Of a DNA stretch of 64,000 bases, positions 39,466-53,742 are shown one piece after another. The translations under genes were made by a program, and so were the position numbers. The DNA lies in the NCBI GenBank assembly GCA_001244265.2, contig CDLV01000007.1, positions 1,674,001 to 1,738,000 of the forward strand. Reading direction: 5' to 3'. Within the stretch, counting starts at the first letter, position 1; each line of letters begins with the position of its first letter. Source of the DNA: Microbotryum violaceum (Eukaryota). The notes beneath the pieces are model-generated. The model made no database searches. It saw only the letters and a list, made by a program, of their open reading frames with translations, and was not told the DNA's origin.

Positions 39466-41200
39466 ATGTCCACCTCTTCAGCTCAATACCCACCTTTCGC
39501 GGTGTCGTTGTTCCAAAGGCACGATGGGTATTCGTTTGGGTACAAGGTGCTCGGACGGGAACACTTGGGAGCCAAGACGCCGTTGGTGCTGGTGCAAGGG
39601 TCAGTAGTCACCATTGACCGGCTCCAGTTGAATTCCTAGACTGATGAGCGGCTCGCGGTTTCAGTCTGAGCGCAGTAGGCCTTGTCGATTGGTTACCACT
39701 CGCTCAACACCTGGGCAATGCCCGACCCGGTACGCTCTACTAGCGCTCTAGCTCTTGCCCGTCAAGCTCATTAGACACTCCTAAATATTCGGGGATCACT
39801 GCCCTCCTTCTTTCCTCACTCTCTCCTCTAGTACTTATCTTTGACAACCGTGGAATGGGATCGTCGAAGATTGGAAAGGGGCACGTAGCGGATGCGTTTA
39901 GTATTAGGGATATGAGCATGGACGTCATCTCCATCGTCAAGGTACAAACGGTTTGAAGTGGGGAACCAGCTCGGCCCCCACACGGCGAGCGCTTGGATTA
40001 GGTTTCACATGCGTACACTGGCAGTGAGCTCATCTGTGCCATCCTCCGAATGATACACCTCTGCAGAGATTGGGCTGGAATGAGATCGACCTCTTGGGCT
40101 TCAGCATGGGAGGCATGATCGCGCAAGCTGTCCTGGTCGAAGACAAGATTCATCGCTCCTTCAAGATTCGACACGCCCTGTTGTTCGCAACGTCTGCGTA
40201 TGTCCAGCTTGGGATTCTTGCCTTTAGATTAACGAGGTACTCATAGTGCGAGTTTGCGTTTGCCGTGTGCAGAAAAGCAGCCCATTCGGACTTGCTCGCG
40301 GCGATGCCGAAACCGACCGAGAAAAAGTTGACGCTTGATGAGAAGAAGGAATTGATCAGGCCCTTCATCAGGGTAAGCAACCAGCTCAAGTATACACACT
40401 TCTCGATTTAAATAACTGAGCCGCCGCTTTGTCCTGTATCTTTGTTTTGTTGTCAGGTCAACTACGATCCGAAATTTGTGGCCAGCCGAGGGTGAGTCGT
40501 ACACGGGGTAGGAGGGCGGCTATCTGTAGCAGCCATAGACACTGAGTCAGAATTCTTCCATGTGCAGAATCATGACCTTCTAGAACGACGCACAATGGAA
40601 TCAGTCATGACCCGACGGCCGGCAAGAACAATTGGTGCGTCAACCTTAAGGCAACGCCACCAGCGAGTCAAACTCCCGCTCCTAGATTTCGTCACTGATA
40701 TTTACGGCCGTTCGCTTGCGAGTCTCACAGCTCACCAAATGCAAGCAGTGAGTCTTGGTTTACTTAAGATATTGCAGGAAGCCGGAACAGCTTCCCTGAC
40801 CTTTTTCCCCGTCTCACCTCCCAGATCGCGAAATACGATGTGCGGAAACAAATCCCTTCGGTCCCGACCTCGACTCCTGTACTCGTTGTCCACGGGACGG
40901 AGGATCGATCTGTCTACTTCACTGAACTCGATTATATCCTGAGAGGTATCAAGCATGCCCAAGTCGCGAGGTTCGGTGGGATGGGGCATTCGTACGTTGT
41001 GAGAGCAAGAATTCTCTTCTTCCTCTCTGCGGCTGACCTGGCCCGTCGACTCCCTTTGGCTATCGACGCACCACAGATGGGCCGATTATTACACCCCTCA
41101 ATTCTGGACCGAGTTCATCTCGGCGTTCTGTGATGATCAGCCGATCGATGGGTTCGTCAAGGTTGGTGAACATGGGATGGCGAATGCGGCGAAGCTGTGA
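39466..41200 (+). CDS. Alpha/beta hydrolase (Abhydrolase_1), many short exons, C-terminal AKL (PTS1-like)
   Basis: VLIFDNRGMG, LLGFSMGGMIA, VLVVHGTED and GMGH; ends MANAAKL-TGA. Confidence 0.88.
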
Positions 41201-41527
41201 TGAAGGTGCAATGATAGGTGGGTTGGAGTTGTAGGGAATTCGAGGGCTTGAGCCAGTGGGGTTACGTGGCCGCGTAGCAATGATGATAATTGAAGGCTTT
41301 CGTATATTGGGGTGAGAGTGTCGTGTTTTTTGCTGGACGACATAGTTGAGTTTCCCCTCAGCCGTCCCAAGGGATCGAGCTCGCTCGAGGCTGAGATCGG
41401 GACATCCTCTCCGGAGTTTAGCTTGGTCTCAATCGTGATGATCATGGGTGATTGTCAGATATCCAAGCATCTCTGCGTTGTCGTCGCTACACTCCAGTAT
41501 CTCCGCCATAAAATTGCTCCTGTCCAT

Positions 41528-42189
41528 TCACGGTTTCCCAGCGACCTCGTTCGGACTTTTCGCCGTGATCGCCAACGCGTGCAACCCCTTGATTTGGAAC
41601 AACTCCTTGAGCGAATTGTTGACGAGGCGATGTCGTTGAATAGCTCGCTGTAATGGGAGATGCGAGAGTTCAAAGTCAGGTCACCCGGACTTGCAGCCCT
41701 CTGATCGAAGCTAAACATCGAGGTACAAGGAGCGAAAGAGTTGCCTCGCTGCTTTGGGCCTCCCTGAACTCAACAACACCCGCTTCTCCGTACTGACCAG
41801 CCCTTCAAACCTCTCACTAACGATCTCGACCGTGAAATGGGTCTCGCCTGAACCTCCTCCTATCGATCGCATCGCAGAATGGTGGGAATGCGAGGCCGAG
41901 TCGTTCGAGATGGAGAGGTGGGAGGGGGAGAGGGAGGTTGTTAACTAGGACAGTTGACGGCGGTGGGAGATGGGTGGGGAGTGTCAGTTGGATGATCCAG
42001 ACTCTATATGTGGTGAGTAAATCTTAGCGAGCGCACCTTTTCATGAATCGAAGCCTCGATCGGACCCGGTTCATGATGGGACGACGACATGAGGGAAGAA
42101 GAAGTACGTAAGGATCGGGAGAGAGGGGAGGATCGTGTGGCCTGGTAGAGTGTTCTGGTAAAGCTGATTTTGGGGATGCTGGAGAGCAT
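41528..42189 (-). CDS. BolA-family protein (Bol1/Uvi31-like), 3 exons
   Basis: GPIEASIHEK-LT, NDSASHSHHSAM, GETHFTVEIVSERFEG, QRHRLVN and GLHALAITAKSP; mitochondrial-type presequence. Confidence 0.92.
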
Positions 42190-42321
42190 CGAAAAGTGAA
42201 AGGTTGCGAGGCGGTATACATATCACACAAAGGCAACCAAGACACGGGTGTTCTCCGAGTCTGTAGTGGTGCGCAGGGCAGGGCGCTTTTATGAAACGCT
42301 CGGGCGCCGGCCACTAGGATA

Positions 42322-45300
42322 CACAAGCGCGCGCGAAACTTATGGCGGTCCGAAGAAATTAGTGCGGCCCCGGTATGGCGAGCGCCTGTATGGCAGGTGT
42401 AAAATACTTGGCAGGTTTTATTTACTAATGCCGTAAGGCGCGTCACCTACGGAAATCGTCAGGCCGCGTCCCCTACGGAAACCGCCAGGGTTACGGCCTC
42501 ACGGTTTCCGTAGGGGACGCGCCTTACGGCACCCGTAGATCCCGGCCCTACGGAATCTCTATGGTTACCATACAAAAGCCGCAAGTCCCAAGTACGCTAG
42601 CCATGTAAAAACCTTATGGCATCCCCTGAACTGGGTCTATGAACGAGCCATAGAGATTCTTTAAAGCGTTATAGGGTTGTTGACCTCGATCATATATACA
42701 CTGGATACCTCTGTAACAAGCAACATTAACATATAGCCCAGAACAAATGCCCAACCTAGCAAGCGCAGATCCTCACGTCCTCGGGCCCCGCCCGCCCGCA
42801 AGCTCGTCGACGACCCACCGATTCCCGACCAACCTGCTACGGGCTCTAGTCCCCAATCTTCTTCTTCTTCTTTTTGGACTTTGGATTTTGAGCGGCCTCT
42901 TTGTCGGCTTGGAGACAACCCTATGTCAAACCGCAACCAATGTCCTATCAGTGTCGAATCAAATAGTGCGTCGAACGAGGACAACTCACCTCCACCAACG
43001 AGGCAAAGCTGATCTCGTGATCGGGGTTTTCAACAACTTCCAAACAGGAGATCTGCATTAAATTTGACGACGTCCGGGTTGCGATGTCTTGATTCCATCA
43101 TGACGAGGCATGACCGGAGCAAGTCGATCCGTCAGAAAACTATCGCTCGCGACGAGCGGGGGTGCGCAGCGTCAGTTCATTCGACCTGCGAATGCATGTC
43201 CCCAATTGACCTGCGACTCACCGTTGATGGTCAAATTCAAGGCCGTGCTTGTACTCGCCCTCAAGGTATGCGTCGACCGCCATTTCCGCGAGGGTAGAGG
43301 AAACGCGATTCACCTTTTCGGCAAAGGTGTTCGACCTGGACCCGGGCACGTTGGCCGTTTTGTGAGATTCATTCCCCGTAAGATCGGCCTCGACCGCTGC
43401 TTTGCGGTCGGGCTGCTTGACGGCTTGCCACTGAGATATGAAGCAAAAGTGAGGGGTTAAGCTGAAATCTAGGGTTGAGGGCGTGTCACCCAAACACGTA
43501 CCAACACGCGCCACCAGCACATATGCTCGTCAGTGATTGTGACTTCGAGGTTTTTGTACCACGACTTCATTGTTGTTCCCAACACTAAAGAGTCGCTCTG
43601 GGCGCGCTTAATCTGAGCGCGAGCCGACGGTCAGAAGGCGTGGCGCAGCGGCGTGCAAGGCTGATGTCAATAGGCAGGCCCGGACGTGGACACCACGCCG
43701 CTTACATGATCTTCGAGTTCAGATCGGCCTTGCATTAGCGCACTCGGAAGGTGGCGCATTAGAGCCTTGTAGAAAGCTCGATGCTTGACGTCGCTTTCTG
43801 ATACCAAACCGTCCTTGCGTAGAGCAGCCTACAATTGGTGCAGCCTGAGTCAGTGAACAGCCCAGCACAGCACGCGAGAACATAGTTCACCTACCGCGAA
43901 CATAGGAGCAGCACCGTGGTGCTTGCAGAGGAATGGCGTGGAGACGAAGATCTCGGCAGCTGACCCCACATCGGACTGGCACAGTCATAAACACAGCTTG
44001 ATGAGTAGGAGCTTATGGGCGAGACCGAAAGAACATCCACCAACCTTGATGTGGTCCAGAGAGGGAGCGGTGAGCACGTCGATCAGTCGGGGGAGCACGT
44101 TAATCAGTGGGGCAAGCTGAGCTTCCAAATGATCCAATCGAGCGCTGATTGTCGCGGCAAGGACAGACAGGCCATCTGGGCCACCTTGCGCGTCCGGAGG
44201 CTGTGGGTGTTTGTGGTGAGTGCAGTCAGCGGAGTGGGGCACGACGCGGGGGCGCATCTGCACCAGCTCACGTTGCTCGGGCCGTCGAAATATGGCGTAG
44301 AGTACTGGGGTTTAGAATGCATGACCTGGTTGGGTTATGCGCGGTGGTCAGCGTGTCACCAGGATGTTTCGGCTGACGTCATTGCAGGGGTGCAACGTAC
44401 TTCGAAAGTCTTGTCCTCTGTTCCCCAGTGTCCGAAACAGCCAAGGACATATCGGTGCGCTGACGCTTGCGCGGCTTGTCGCCCATCGCCCACGTCACCG
44501 TCGTCGTCGTCGTCGTCATCGCCGTCAGTTAGCTGTCCAGATTGGCAACGATACCTTATCAGCACCCATAACTCCTCGACCAGGGGACGCGGGACGCGGG
44601 CACGAACGAAGAAAGCGTCCTGGACTTCGGCCTTTGATTCGGACTTCAGGGTGGTGAAATTTTGGAGTTGGTTTAAGCTAGGGTGACGCGGAAGCCGGAC
44701 AAGCAGGTTCAGTACTCACTCGGGCTGGTCGCTTGTCGTTGCGGCGAGGTGTGGTTGGGGCTTGATGCGATTTAGCTGACGTCGTCGAGCTCTGCGGATT
44801 GGACAGACGTGGGAGTGCCATGCATCAGCTCGAACCCGGCGAAAGATGAGTGTCTGCTTCTCCTCCCAAGCCTTACGTGAGAATCCAAGGTGGCAAGCGC
44901 CGCAGTTGTCGACGCCGGATGGTCGTGTCGTTCGTCACTAGTCAATGACTGCACATGCGGCATCTAGGGACCGCAGTAGCTGAGGCTGGGCCGACGTCGC
45001 GTCGGCAGCGGTGAGTTGCAGCACATACCTGTGACTCGTGAAGCGCCTTGGGCAAATGGAGGTGGGTGGGTCCCGAATGAGGGTCGTCGGCGGGGCCTGG
45101 CGACACGACGACCCTCGACGCAGCAGTCGTGGACGTCAAGGGTTTGGCGGTGTGGTCTGACGCCCGAGCGTGACGCGCCCGATCAAGCTCGAACCTGAAG
45201 GAGCAGTGGAGTGAGCGGGTCATGGAGTCGACGCATGAAGCGGGTCAGGGCGAGCCATGTCGGCGATGATGGTAACACAGGGCTGCTCCTGCTTGGCGAC

Positions 45301-46291
45301 ATGTGGTGGCCGGGAGCCAAGGTCAGCGCCACGTCTCGCGCGGTCTGACCGAGGGCGGGACGCAAAAGGACGCACTTGGGACGCTGGACGATCTGAACAC
45401 TGAAACTGCGCCTCAAACAATACCCACCACGGTCGAGAACATCTTCGGACGCCTTTGTTCGAGGAGACATGACGTGGCTGTCCCGTTTGTGGGCAAAGTG
45501 GTTGTCCACTTATTCTGGGGCGGGGCGAGGGAGAGAGGGTGGGGCCCCCCATGCTTCTCAGTCGGGTCCTCGCGCGCTCAGCGCTCTGAGCGCTGGGGAT
45601 CTCAGATCTCAGACCTCTGCTCCGAGACTCTCACCGGCGCACGCCAGCCTGCTGAGCAGACTTCAGCTGGCCGCGTGAGGGTGCAGTCTCGACTTATGGC
45701 ACTGACTCGCTATTGATTACTCGCTGCCTCAGCTGGTACAAATGGACTTTGGACTCTATAAAGCGCGAGCCCTGAAATGTTTCAGCGACCGTGGGATACA
45801 CTCTCTGCATCGATATGGCTCGGAACAGCGACCGCTCGCGACGTCACGTGCCACTTTTCGGATGCAGTGACACGCAATTTCCCTATCGGGACAAAACTAA
45901 TGCTACCATACACCAGGTGGAATAAACCCATACGGCCTACCTCCAGGTTCCGTACACGTAAAACATTACCGATCCCGTCTCTTGTGCACTTTAGTGCTCA
46001 CTTACGTCTCATTGCCGAATGCAATAAGGGTTGAATCTTTACCGCGGCCGCAAAGGCCGTTTTTACGCTAGCTGTACCGCACGCGTAGGGTCACCGCAAA
46101 CCGGCGCCCCTACGGACCTGATAACCTAATGTCCATACGGATACTAGAACGACCCCCTAAGGCAGCCATAAAAAAGCTTTGCTCTTACAGGAGCTCTATA
46201 AAACCGCCTTACCTAAATTGCAACACCTCCGTAGAGAAGACATACGGCGGGTCCTGCCACAGGAAATCCATAACGTTCGCGCGCGCATGTG
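42322..46291. mobile_element. Element E copy 2
   Basis: Same termini, TA flanks and orientation as copy 1; the ORF track is duplicated with offset 10170-10172. Confidence 0.93.
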
Positions 46292-46359
46292 TAGGCGTGG
46301 CTCAAGCTCTTCTCACCCGTCTCGCACCCCTCGTCCACAAAGCACTCTTTGTCGAAAAC

Positions 46360-48611
46360 ATGGGTGAGTTGTACTAGTGTCCCAGCTTGTAAGCACAAGC
46401 AAAGATGATGTGCTGATCCTCCATCTGCCTCCAACTGCTTCCACTTGCCTCCACTCCCTGCCCTGTCTTGCCCTGTCCTCTTTTGCTTCGCTTGGACGTC
46501 GCCGCGCGCTGCCCCTGCCTGCCTACCTGCCCCGTGCCTGTTGTCCCTGGTGCTCTACGGCGCGCCCTGCGGCTCCACAGCTCCTTCCAACAACAACTCT
46601 GGCGAGCGCGATGCTCTGCTCGGCAACAACAACAACCGACAACACACGTACCATGTGAGCGCTGTTAGTTTGCACTTGTATCGTCTTCGACCGCGCAGCG
46701 ACGTCGGGACTGAGCGACTCGCTCGGGAAGCCCCACCCTCGCCCTGCGTCATCGCAGGCGCATGATGCATGATGCCTGCCGCTCGTCAGGGTGATCACCG
46801 GTCACTAATCGCCTGTGCGCAGCAGCTCGGCCCGGTCACCACCATGTATTATCATCTTCCCCCGTGCAAAAATCACATGTACCGAGCAATTTCGAGAAAA
46901 TTGTGAACTGACATATCGATTAGGTGCCGAACGCGGTCTCACCCAATCCGGCCTATTTGCCCATACCACAGGACGACCTCGGCAATGGGGCACAAGGCGA
47001 TATCGGCGTCGTTGCTTCTTTGAAGGCGTTGTTGTTCTCGGGATGGCTCAACATCCTGCTCGTGGCGGTACCTCTGTCGTTCATCTCTCATTTTGCCAGG
47101 TGGGGTCAGTCTTTAAATTTTCGATCCGACCGAGATTCCATGCACCCCGTGTCCGGCCCGACGGAGCGGCTGAGCTTTGCTTTGCCTCGTGCTACAGGTG
47201 CGACCGCGGATTTCATCATCTCCTTCATTGCCATCATTCCCCTCGCTTCTTTGCTCGGCGATGCGACCGAGCAATGCGCTCTCAAACTTGGGCAAACACT
47301 TGGTGGCTTGATGAATGCTGTCAGTTGTAGTTGAATTCTTTCACCAAGCTCATTGCGCTGTCAAACTGAACTTTACTCCCCCCCCCCCTGGATCGATTCG
47401 CTAGACTTTCGGAAGTACGCGGTATAGGGATCGTATATCGAAGGGAGAGTGTCAGTGGCTGACCAACCGAGTATGCTCCTCCAACAGACGCTGTCGAGGC
47501 CATTGTCGGCATCTTGGCCCTCACCAAGGGTGAATTGCGCATCGTCCAAACTTCCATGCTTGGTTCAATCTTGTCCAACATTCTCCTCGTTCTCGGCTGC
47601 TCGTTCCTCGCGGCGGGGTACAAGTTCAAGGAGTCCAACTTCCAGGTCACGGCTGCGCAGGCTTCGTCGTCGCTCATGGTCCTCGGCACGACGACGCTCG
47701 TCATCCCCGCCGCCTACCATGTGAGCCGCAAGGAGGCCAACGGCGACTCGTTCACGACCTTGTTGACCGCCGTTGGGGACAAGACCAAGGATTTCGACGG
47801 CCTCTTGACCATCTCGCGCGGCACAGCAATTATCCTGTTGGTCTGCTACGCCTTCTATCTCCTTTTCCAACTAAAGACGCACGCGTACCTGTTCGAGGAC
47901 CCTCAGGACCACGAGGAAGAGGAGGCCAAGATGAACGTCACCACTGCTGTTGCCTCGCTGTGTATCGTCACTGTTATCACCTCGTTCTGCGCCGACTACC
48001 TCGTTGGTGCGATCGACGAGTTCGCCGATCAATACAAAATCCCCAAGTCCTTCATTGGTCTCATCTTGATCCCCATCGTCGGTAACGCGGCGGAGCACGT
48101 CACGTCGGTTTGGATGGCCATGAAGGGAAAGATGGAGATCACGATCGGTGTCGCGTGAGCTTACGATGGACGACTTAGGATGGACAAAAGTGAACTGAAG
48201 CTGATGTGTGCCCTCCGCTTCCTCCAGTATCGGCTCGTCGATACAGATCGCCGTTGGTGTCATCCCTTTGCTCGTCGTCGTCGGCTGGGCTATTGGCCAG
48301 AATCTCACGCTCTACTTTGAAACGTTCGAAACCATCATATTGTTCATCTCGATCTACCTTGTCAACTGCTTGGTCCAGGATGGAAAGTCCAACTGGCTTG
48401 GTGAGTCTTTTTCGCAGAAAGATTTGTGTCGTTTCGGTTGGGGGACAATGAGCTGACTGTTCGACGTTGACTTGCAGAGGGTATGATGCTCGTCGCACTT
48501 TATGCCATCATTGCCTTGTCCTTCTGGTGAGTGCTCCTTGCCACCAAAGTCGAAGTAATGCATGTTCAGCAGAACTGACATGACGAACTTTGATCGGGCA
48601 GGGTGTCGTAA
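46360..48611 (+). CDS. VCX1: Vacuolar Ca2+/H+ exchanger (CAX family), multi-exon
   Basis: WLNILLVAVP, AIIPLASLLGDATEQ, SMLGSILSNILLVLG, PIVGNAAEH, IGSSIQIA and DGKSNWL. The first exon is inferred as ATGG at 46360-46363. Confidence 0.93.
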
Positions 48612-48819
48612 ACTTCCGATTCGCCTTTCGATCTCCAACCCTTTTCCTTCTTAGGCTCCAACTCCAAATCATACCTCTCGTGTCCCTCAGCACCTTCTCC
48701 CTGTCAACAAGTAGTTCCGCGATTATATCGAACAACAAAACTCTTCCTTAACTGTCATCACTATTGAATTGTTTCTCTCGCTTGGCAGTCCTCGCCGTGG
48801 TAGAGCCTCGGACTGTGGT

Positions 48820-49890
48820 TTAGAGCTTCAGTGCCGTCGGATCATGACGATCATCTCTGGCTGTTCCTTTCCTCACCAACATCAGCTTCCGCATCGCCAC
48901 CTCACACGCGGAGTATTTCGGCCTCGCCCATCCAATACCTGAGGTAGTTCCAACGCAAGGACGGAAGCCGAGTGGAACGCCACGCTTCGCCGGATCCATC
49001 ACAAACTCGACGAGACGTTGGAGTGTAAAGAGTGGTGCAGTATGATTACAAAGATCCTTCAATCTCTCGATATCCCTTCCTCTTCCTACCAAGCCGCCCG
49101 ACTAACGCCTGGGATGTCCCCTTTCTCAGCCGCGAGCTTGAAGCGATGCTGTTAACGAAAAGAAACCCTTGACGAAAGTCAGTCCTGTCCGATTTGATCA
49201 AAGCCCGTTGGAATGGGAAGTAAAGAACGCACCCTGCATAAGCCGAATTCACTGAGCACACCACCTCCTCGCCCTGTCTCTGTACACCGGTTCTTAACGC
49301 TCGTCGGTCGGGTCTGGTTAATCGGTGGTAGCGGAAGAGGCCAGAAGGGGACATGAAGGTAGGGCGCACACGTCAGCTCAGATGAAAATGAGAGCTAAGA
49401 TATGTCCTAGGAGCCGGGGGCGTGGGACTTACATCCTTGGTGAATGCATTGAGCTTGAGCATCGCCTGCGTCCGGATCTTGGGGTCCACGGTCGTATTAC
49501 GATACAAGTATAGGTAAGCCTTCCTTAGCAATTCGTTGGCTGTTGCAAATAATAGAAACGTTTTGTCGAGAAGATGAGCTCAATGTTGTGGTATGAGGTC
49601 CCGGACCGCTGAAGGCCAATGGGAAGCGAGGGGAAGCATGAGCGTACCTGCGACTTGCTTGCGCGTGCGGAAATCCTTCAAGGCCATGTGGCCGGGTAAA
49701 GGTCGAGGCATGGTGGTGGGGATCGATGTGGTGCTGGCTGTCCGGGAGATGCGATTGTTGAGTGTGAGAGGCGGAGAAGAGGTCAAGAGTCCAGATCGTC
49801 GGGGCTGGCGCGGGGCAAAGTGGTTGCGAAATTGGTGTTACTGAGTGGTGTCGTGGCGGTCATTACTAACGATCGACATGGTAGCAATGG
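48820..49890 (-). CDS. Hypothetical multi-exon protein (possibly degenerate)
   Basis: Several protein-like minus-strand segments with intron-like gaps and at least one frame shift; no domain recognised. Confidence 0.3.
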
Positions 49891-50153
49891 TGCTACAAAG
49901 GGTCAAATCAAGAAGCGCAGACATGTCCTTCCAGCTTTGTGATTCATGCTTTCAGATCGCCGTTTGATTTTGCTAGAGACGTATGCCCGGGCCCAGTTTT
50001 TGTAGTAAAACCCCACCGATGCAAACCCCCTCCCAGTCAAGCCCTTTTTCCCGCTCCTATTCCGTCAAAATATTTGCGAACCGATGCCCCGTCATCCTTC
50101 TATTTCGATCGAATACCACACGAGCTGATCCCTCAAAGCTCCCACCAAAAAGA

Positions 50154-51995
50154 TCACTTGGAAACACTCTCTTGTCTCTTCCTCGACCATCCTTCCATAC
50201 CCGCATGACAACTCGGCTGGCCCGGCTGACGACCACTGGCAGTCGTAGGCGACGGAGCCGAAGTCGAAGGCGCCGCACCACTCGTCGCGGAAGGACTAGG
50301 GGATAAAGGGATGGGATCATGGCCACTGTTGCGACGGGAAGCACTCTTCCTTGGGTGCGCGATCGAGCCGAATTTGCAGCGGTTCCAGGCGCACTTGTCG
50401 TCGTAGGGACAGACGTGACCTGATGCGCGAGTCGATAGGGGACAGGAGTAGAACGTGGGGCATCATTTACCTCGATCTTCTACTTGTAGCTCGAAGTGTT
50501 TACTTACCATAAAGACATTCATTTCCAAACGAACAAGGCTTGGTGCTCCCTTCCTTGACACTGTCGCACGGCATCCTCTGCACGCTCGACCTCAGATCCG
50601 CGAAGTCTCGACCCGAGAGGATGTAGTCGTGGCCGAACTTGCAACTCGAACCATGAGGGCATCCTGAAGGACTAAGGTAAAAGTTGTGACACGGAGGGGG
50701 CTACAACGTATAACGGAGGAGGGGTCGGCCAGGGCTGATAAGCTAAGGGAATCTAGTTGAGCTCGCAAGAAACCGGGGGGGGCCTCACTGTTTGGCGCCA
50801 GATCGCGACCAGCGGTTCGAGGTGACGACCATCACCTGGAGTGAGTGGTAATGGCTCCGAGAACGATTTGGCGAGGTTGACACCGACGGTCGTCGAGCTT
50901 GAGCCCGACGAGAATCGTGATTGATCAAGCTGGGGGCGTCGTCGGGGAGAGCGGGCAGCAGAAGGGTCGGCGACTGCGGTGTCAGGGTGATTCGTGAATG
51001 GGCCCGTGGATGAGATCGCAGTCGAAAGATTCGCGAGACCCGACTCGGTGACATAGTACAGTTTTTTGGAGATGTGAGTATCGGTTGAGAAGGAGGATCC
51101 GATGGGTCGGAAGTGTTCTCCTAGGATGATGGACGAGCACAGGGGTGAGAGACCGTGGAACTTCATCAAGGCTGAAGCGAGCGAAAGGCGTATGGCGTCA
51201 GGAGCTCGGGGTCCGAGGCAGACATTTTGAAATCATCTGGCTCATGAACAACAATGCTGACCTTTGACTTTTTGTTCAACTGCAGCAGCGGAGCGGAGGA
51301 TGATCCCGAATCCGAGCAATGACTGCTCCTGAAAGCCTTGGATGCTGTCTTCGAGCTTGGTGCGGTCGTTCGGCCTGAGATCCTCCACGTGGCTGGAGAG
51401 GGAGAGAAAGTAATCAGCCGACACACAGATCTCATGTTGCTCTCGAGTAATGTCGGCGAGAGGAGACGCAACGAGATCAGTATCGCCAAACACTTGTCGT
51501 TGGCGCCGTTCGCGGAAGTGGCCATAGCCACGAGCGAGTCGAACGCGAGCCCGTCAAGCGCATCAGCGAGGCAAGCACCAACTTCGGCGCCGACACGATG
51601 TTGCGCCACCTTTTCGGGGAAAAGGCAGAACAGGTAGAGCTAGTCAGCAGGTTGATGGAATACCCCTGAGGGCGGTAGCAGTTAGAAGGGGCTCATTAGT
51701 CAAGAACAGGAAGCGGACGAACGTGAAGCGGATCGAGGATGATGAGAACGAACGAAGGCGCCGCCGCCGACGCCGTAGGCGAGGACTCGGTCTCTTCGAG
51801 TCGAGCGATATACGCATCGAGTGACACGAGTTGATTCCAGCGTGATGATCGACGCGGATAAGACTGTTCCTGTTCGACTTGAATGTCGGCTCGAGGTGTT
51901 CCAAGGTGACGTGCACCAGGACTGCAGTCGGAATCACCTCTGGCGACGGGGGAAGGGGCACCAGTTGATGCCGGATCAGTAATCGAGGCCATCAT
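50154..51995 (-). CDS. Fungal CCCH zinc-finger protein, multi-exon
   Basis: HVCPYDDKCAWNRCKFGSIAH finger. N-terminal SFVLIILD, IQGFQEQSLL and VEQKVK..MKFH.LSPLCSSIILG resemble the conserved N-terminal domain of fungal tandem CCCH proteins. Confidence 0.55.
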
Positions 51996-53742
51996 CAAAT
52001 TAACTTCAACAGTTGAGCAGGCTCCGACCACCGAATAGTGGGACGGAGAGGGTATGAAAATAGAAGAGACGGTTTTCGTTGGGGTGAAAGCGCGAAGAAA
52101 AGCACCGCCGGCCCCCTCCGCGTTTCTTGCTACACCCTTTTGCCTCCCCGAAGGCTGCGTGCACGCCGGTCTCGACTTTCCTTCGTCGACAGGAGACGCA
52201 TCGGCTCCTAAAGTCAAACCTCGGCGAGGGTGATGTTATTCTTCCGGTAGCGGGAGACAAGCTTCGTTGACCATTCAGGCACATGAAGGTGCAATCTGTA
52301 CTTTCCATCATCGGCCGATCCCTCTGGCCGGCTCTTGCCATCCAACACCGGTCGGCCCGTGCAGTTCCTTCGGCAGGTTCCGTCGCGAGGTGATAGGACC
52401 TTTGCACCTACCTGACCCTAAGTAGAGGCGCGATCTCCACTATAGCGTCGATTTCGGGAATAAACGCCGCATGTATACCTTGTGTTTGAACCCTCGGCAT
52501 CGGCCTGTCTCAGGCTGTGTTCTGTCGAGTTTGCCCGAGTGCTTGAAGAGGCTAGTGCCCACGACCGCATGGATCCAGCCTGGGTATCACAGCGGGATGG
52601 GTCCGTCTGCCTCGGATGTATGCAAGGGGGCTCTAGGTACCGCACTTAGATACAGCTCTTTCCAACGGTCGGGTCCGGTCTTCTTCGACCCCAGGTTTTA
52701 ACTTGAAGTCGCCGGTGGGCCGCCGTCTGGATTAGGGGTCAGTCCCGATCGCCGATTTCATTTCCGTTTCGGAGGAAGACAAACGAACTTAGAGAGTGTT
52801 GGAAGGTTGAGTGAGATCACCAGAGACCCATGTTGGATTCAGCATCCACGTATGAGGTCTGTACGGCGAGCCACCTACCGAATCCAGGGACACGTTGCCG
52901 TTCTGCGCGGGCTGTCCGGCTCTGGCTCAACTCGGGCCGTGCTCCAAGCGTCTGACCATGCGCACCCTAATACAGCCAAAACAGTCTTACGAGGCAATGA
53001 TCATGGTGTGGTGTCGAACGACCGTAGCGCGCGTGCGCCTCAGAGAAACATATTCGCCGCTGTATGCTATAAGGACCAAGCCTCGGGGAGTGCTAGAAAA
53101 GTTGTGCGCTTCGCTCTGGCCGGAGTAGACTTGCGAGTACGCTTGTGGAGACGAGACAGTCGAGGTACTGATGTTTGCGACATAGCTTTAGACGCCCAGA
53201 CTGAGCGTAATCCCCATCCTCCCGGACTCTAGCACGTGGATGATGTCGAAGCAAGGTACCTACCCCACATTCGAGCCGTCGCAGCCGGTTTCGCATCCGA
53301 GTAATCCGGACGGCGTCTGTGCGTCGGACTATGGGAGATTGATTACCCGAGGCTCAGCTTGGGCAAGGCATGACTTGGTGTTTGGTTCGCGTCCCCGAAG
53401 AGTAATACGATAAGTTTCCCCTCTGCAACATGTACGAGATTTGCGAGAGCTTCATGTCATTCAGATGCGCTTGGCCCGAGTCCCTCGGCGATTCGCAAAA
53501 CATAGCAGGCGCCGGTAGTAGCAACTTGCAGGTCCGACCGAGTCGGCCTCGGCGGGACTTCGGCAGGACTTTGGCGCTTCGGCAGCCTCCGTCTGGCTTC
53601 TCCTGGCTCCTTCTGGCTCCGTGACTCCGTCGCTCCGGCTTGAGCTCTCTCCGCCGTCCGCGCGCTCTGCTTCCTGCGCTTCCACCCCTTCTTCTCGACT
53701 CCAGCTACTTCGAGCAACTACCCCCGAACAAAGCTTTCAGAC

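Noticed and set aside
32152-46291. Treating the two 4-kb direct repeats as LTRs of one retroelement
   Set aside because: Each copy has its own TIRs and TA flanks, and the interior holds ordinary host genes with no gag/pol.
52200-53700. ORFs between the CCCH gene and MAP1
   Set aside because: No recognisable domain, TIR or TSD; treated as intergenic.
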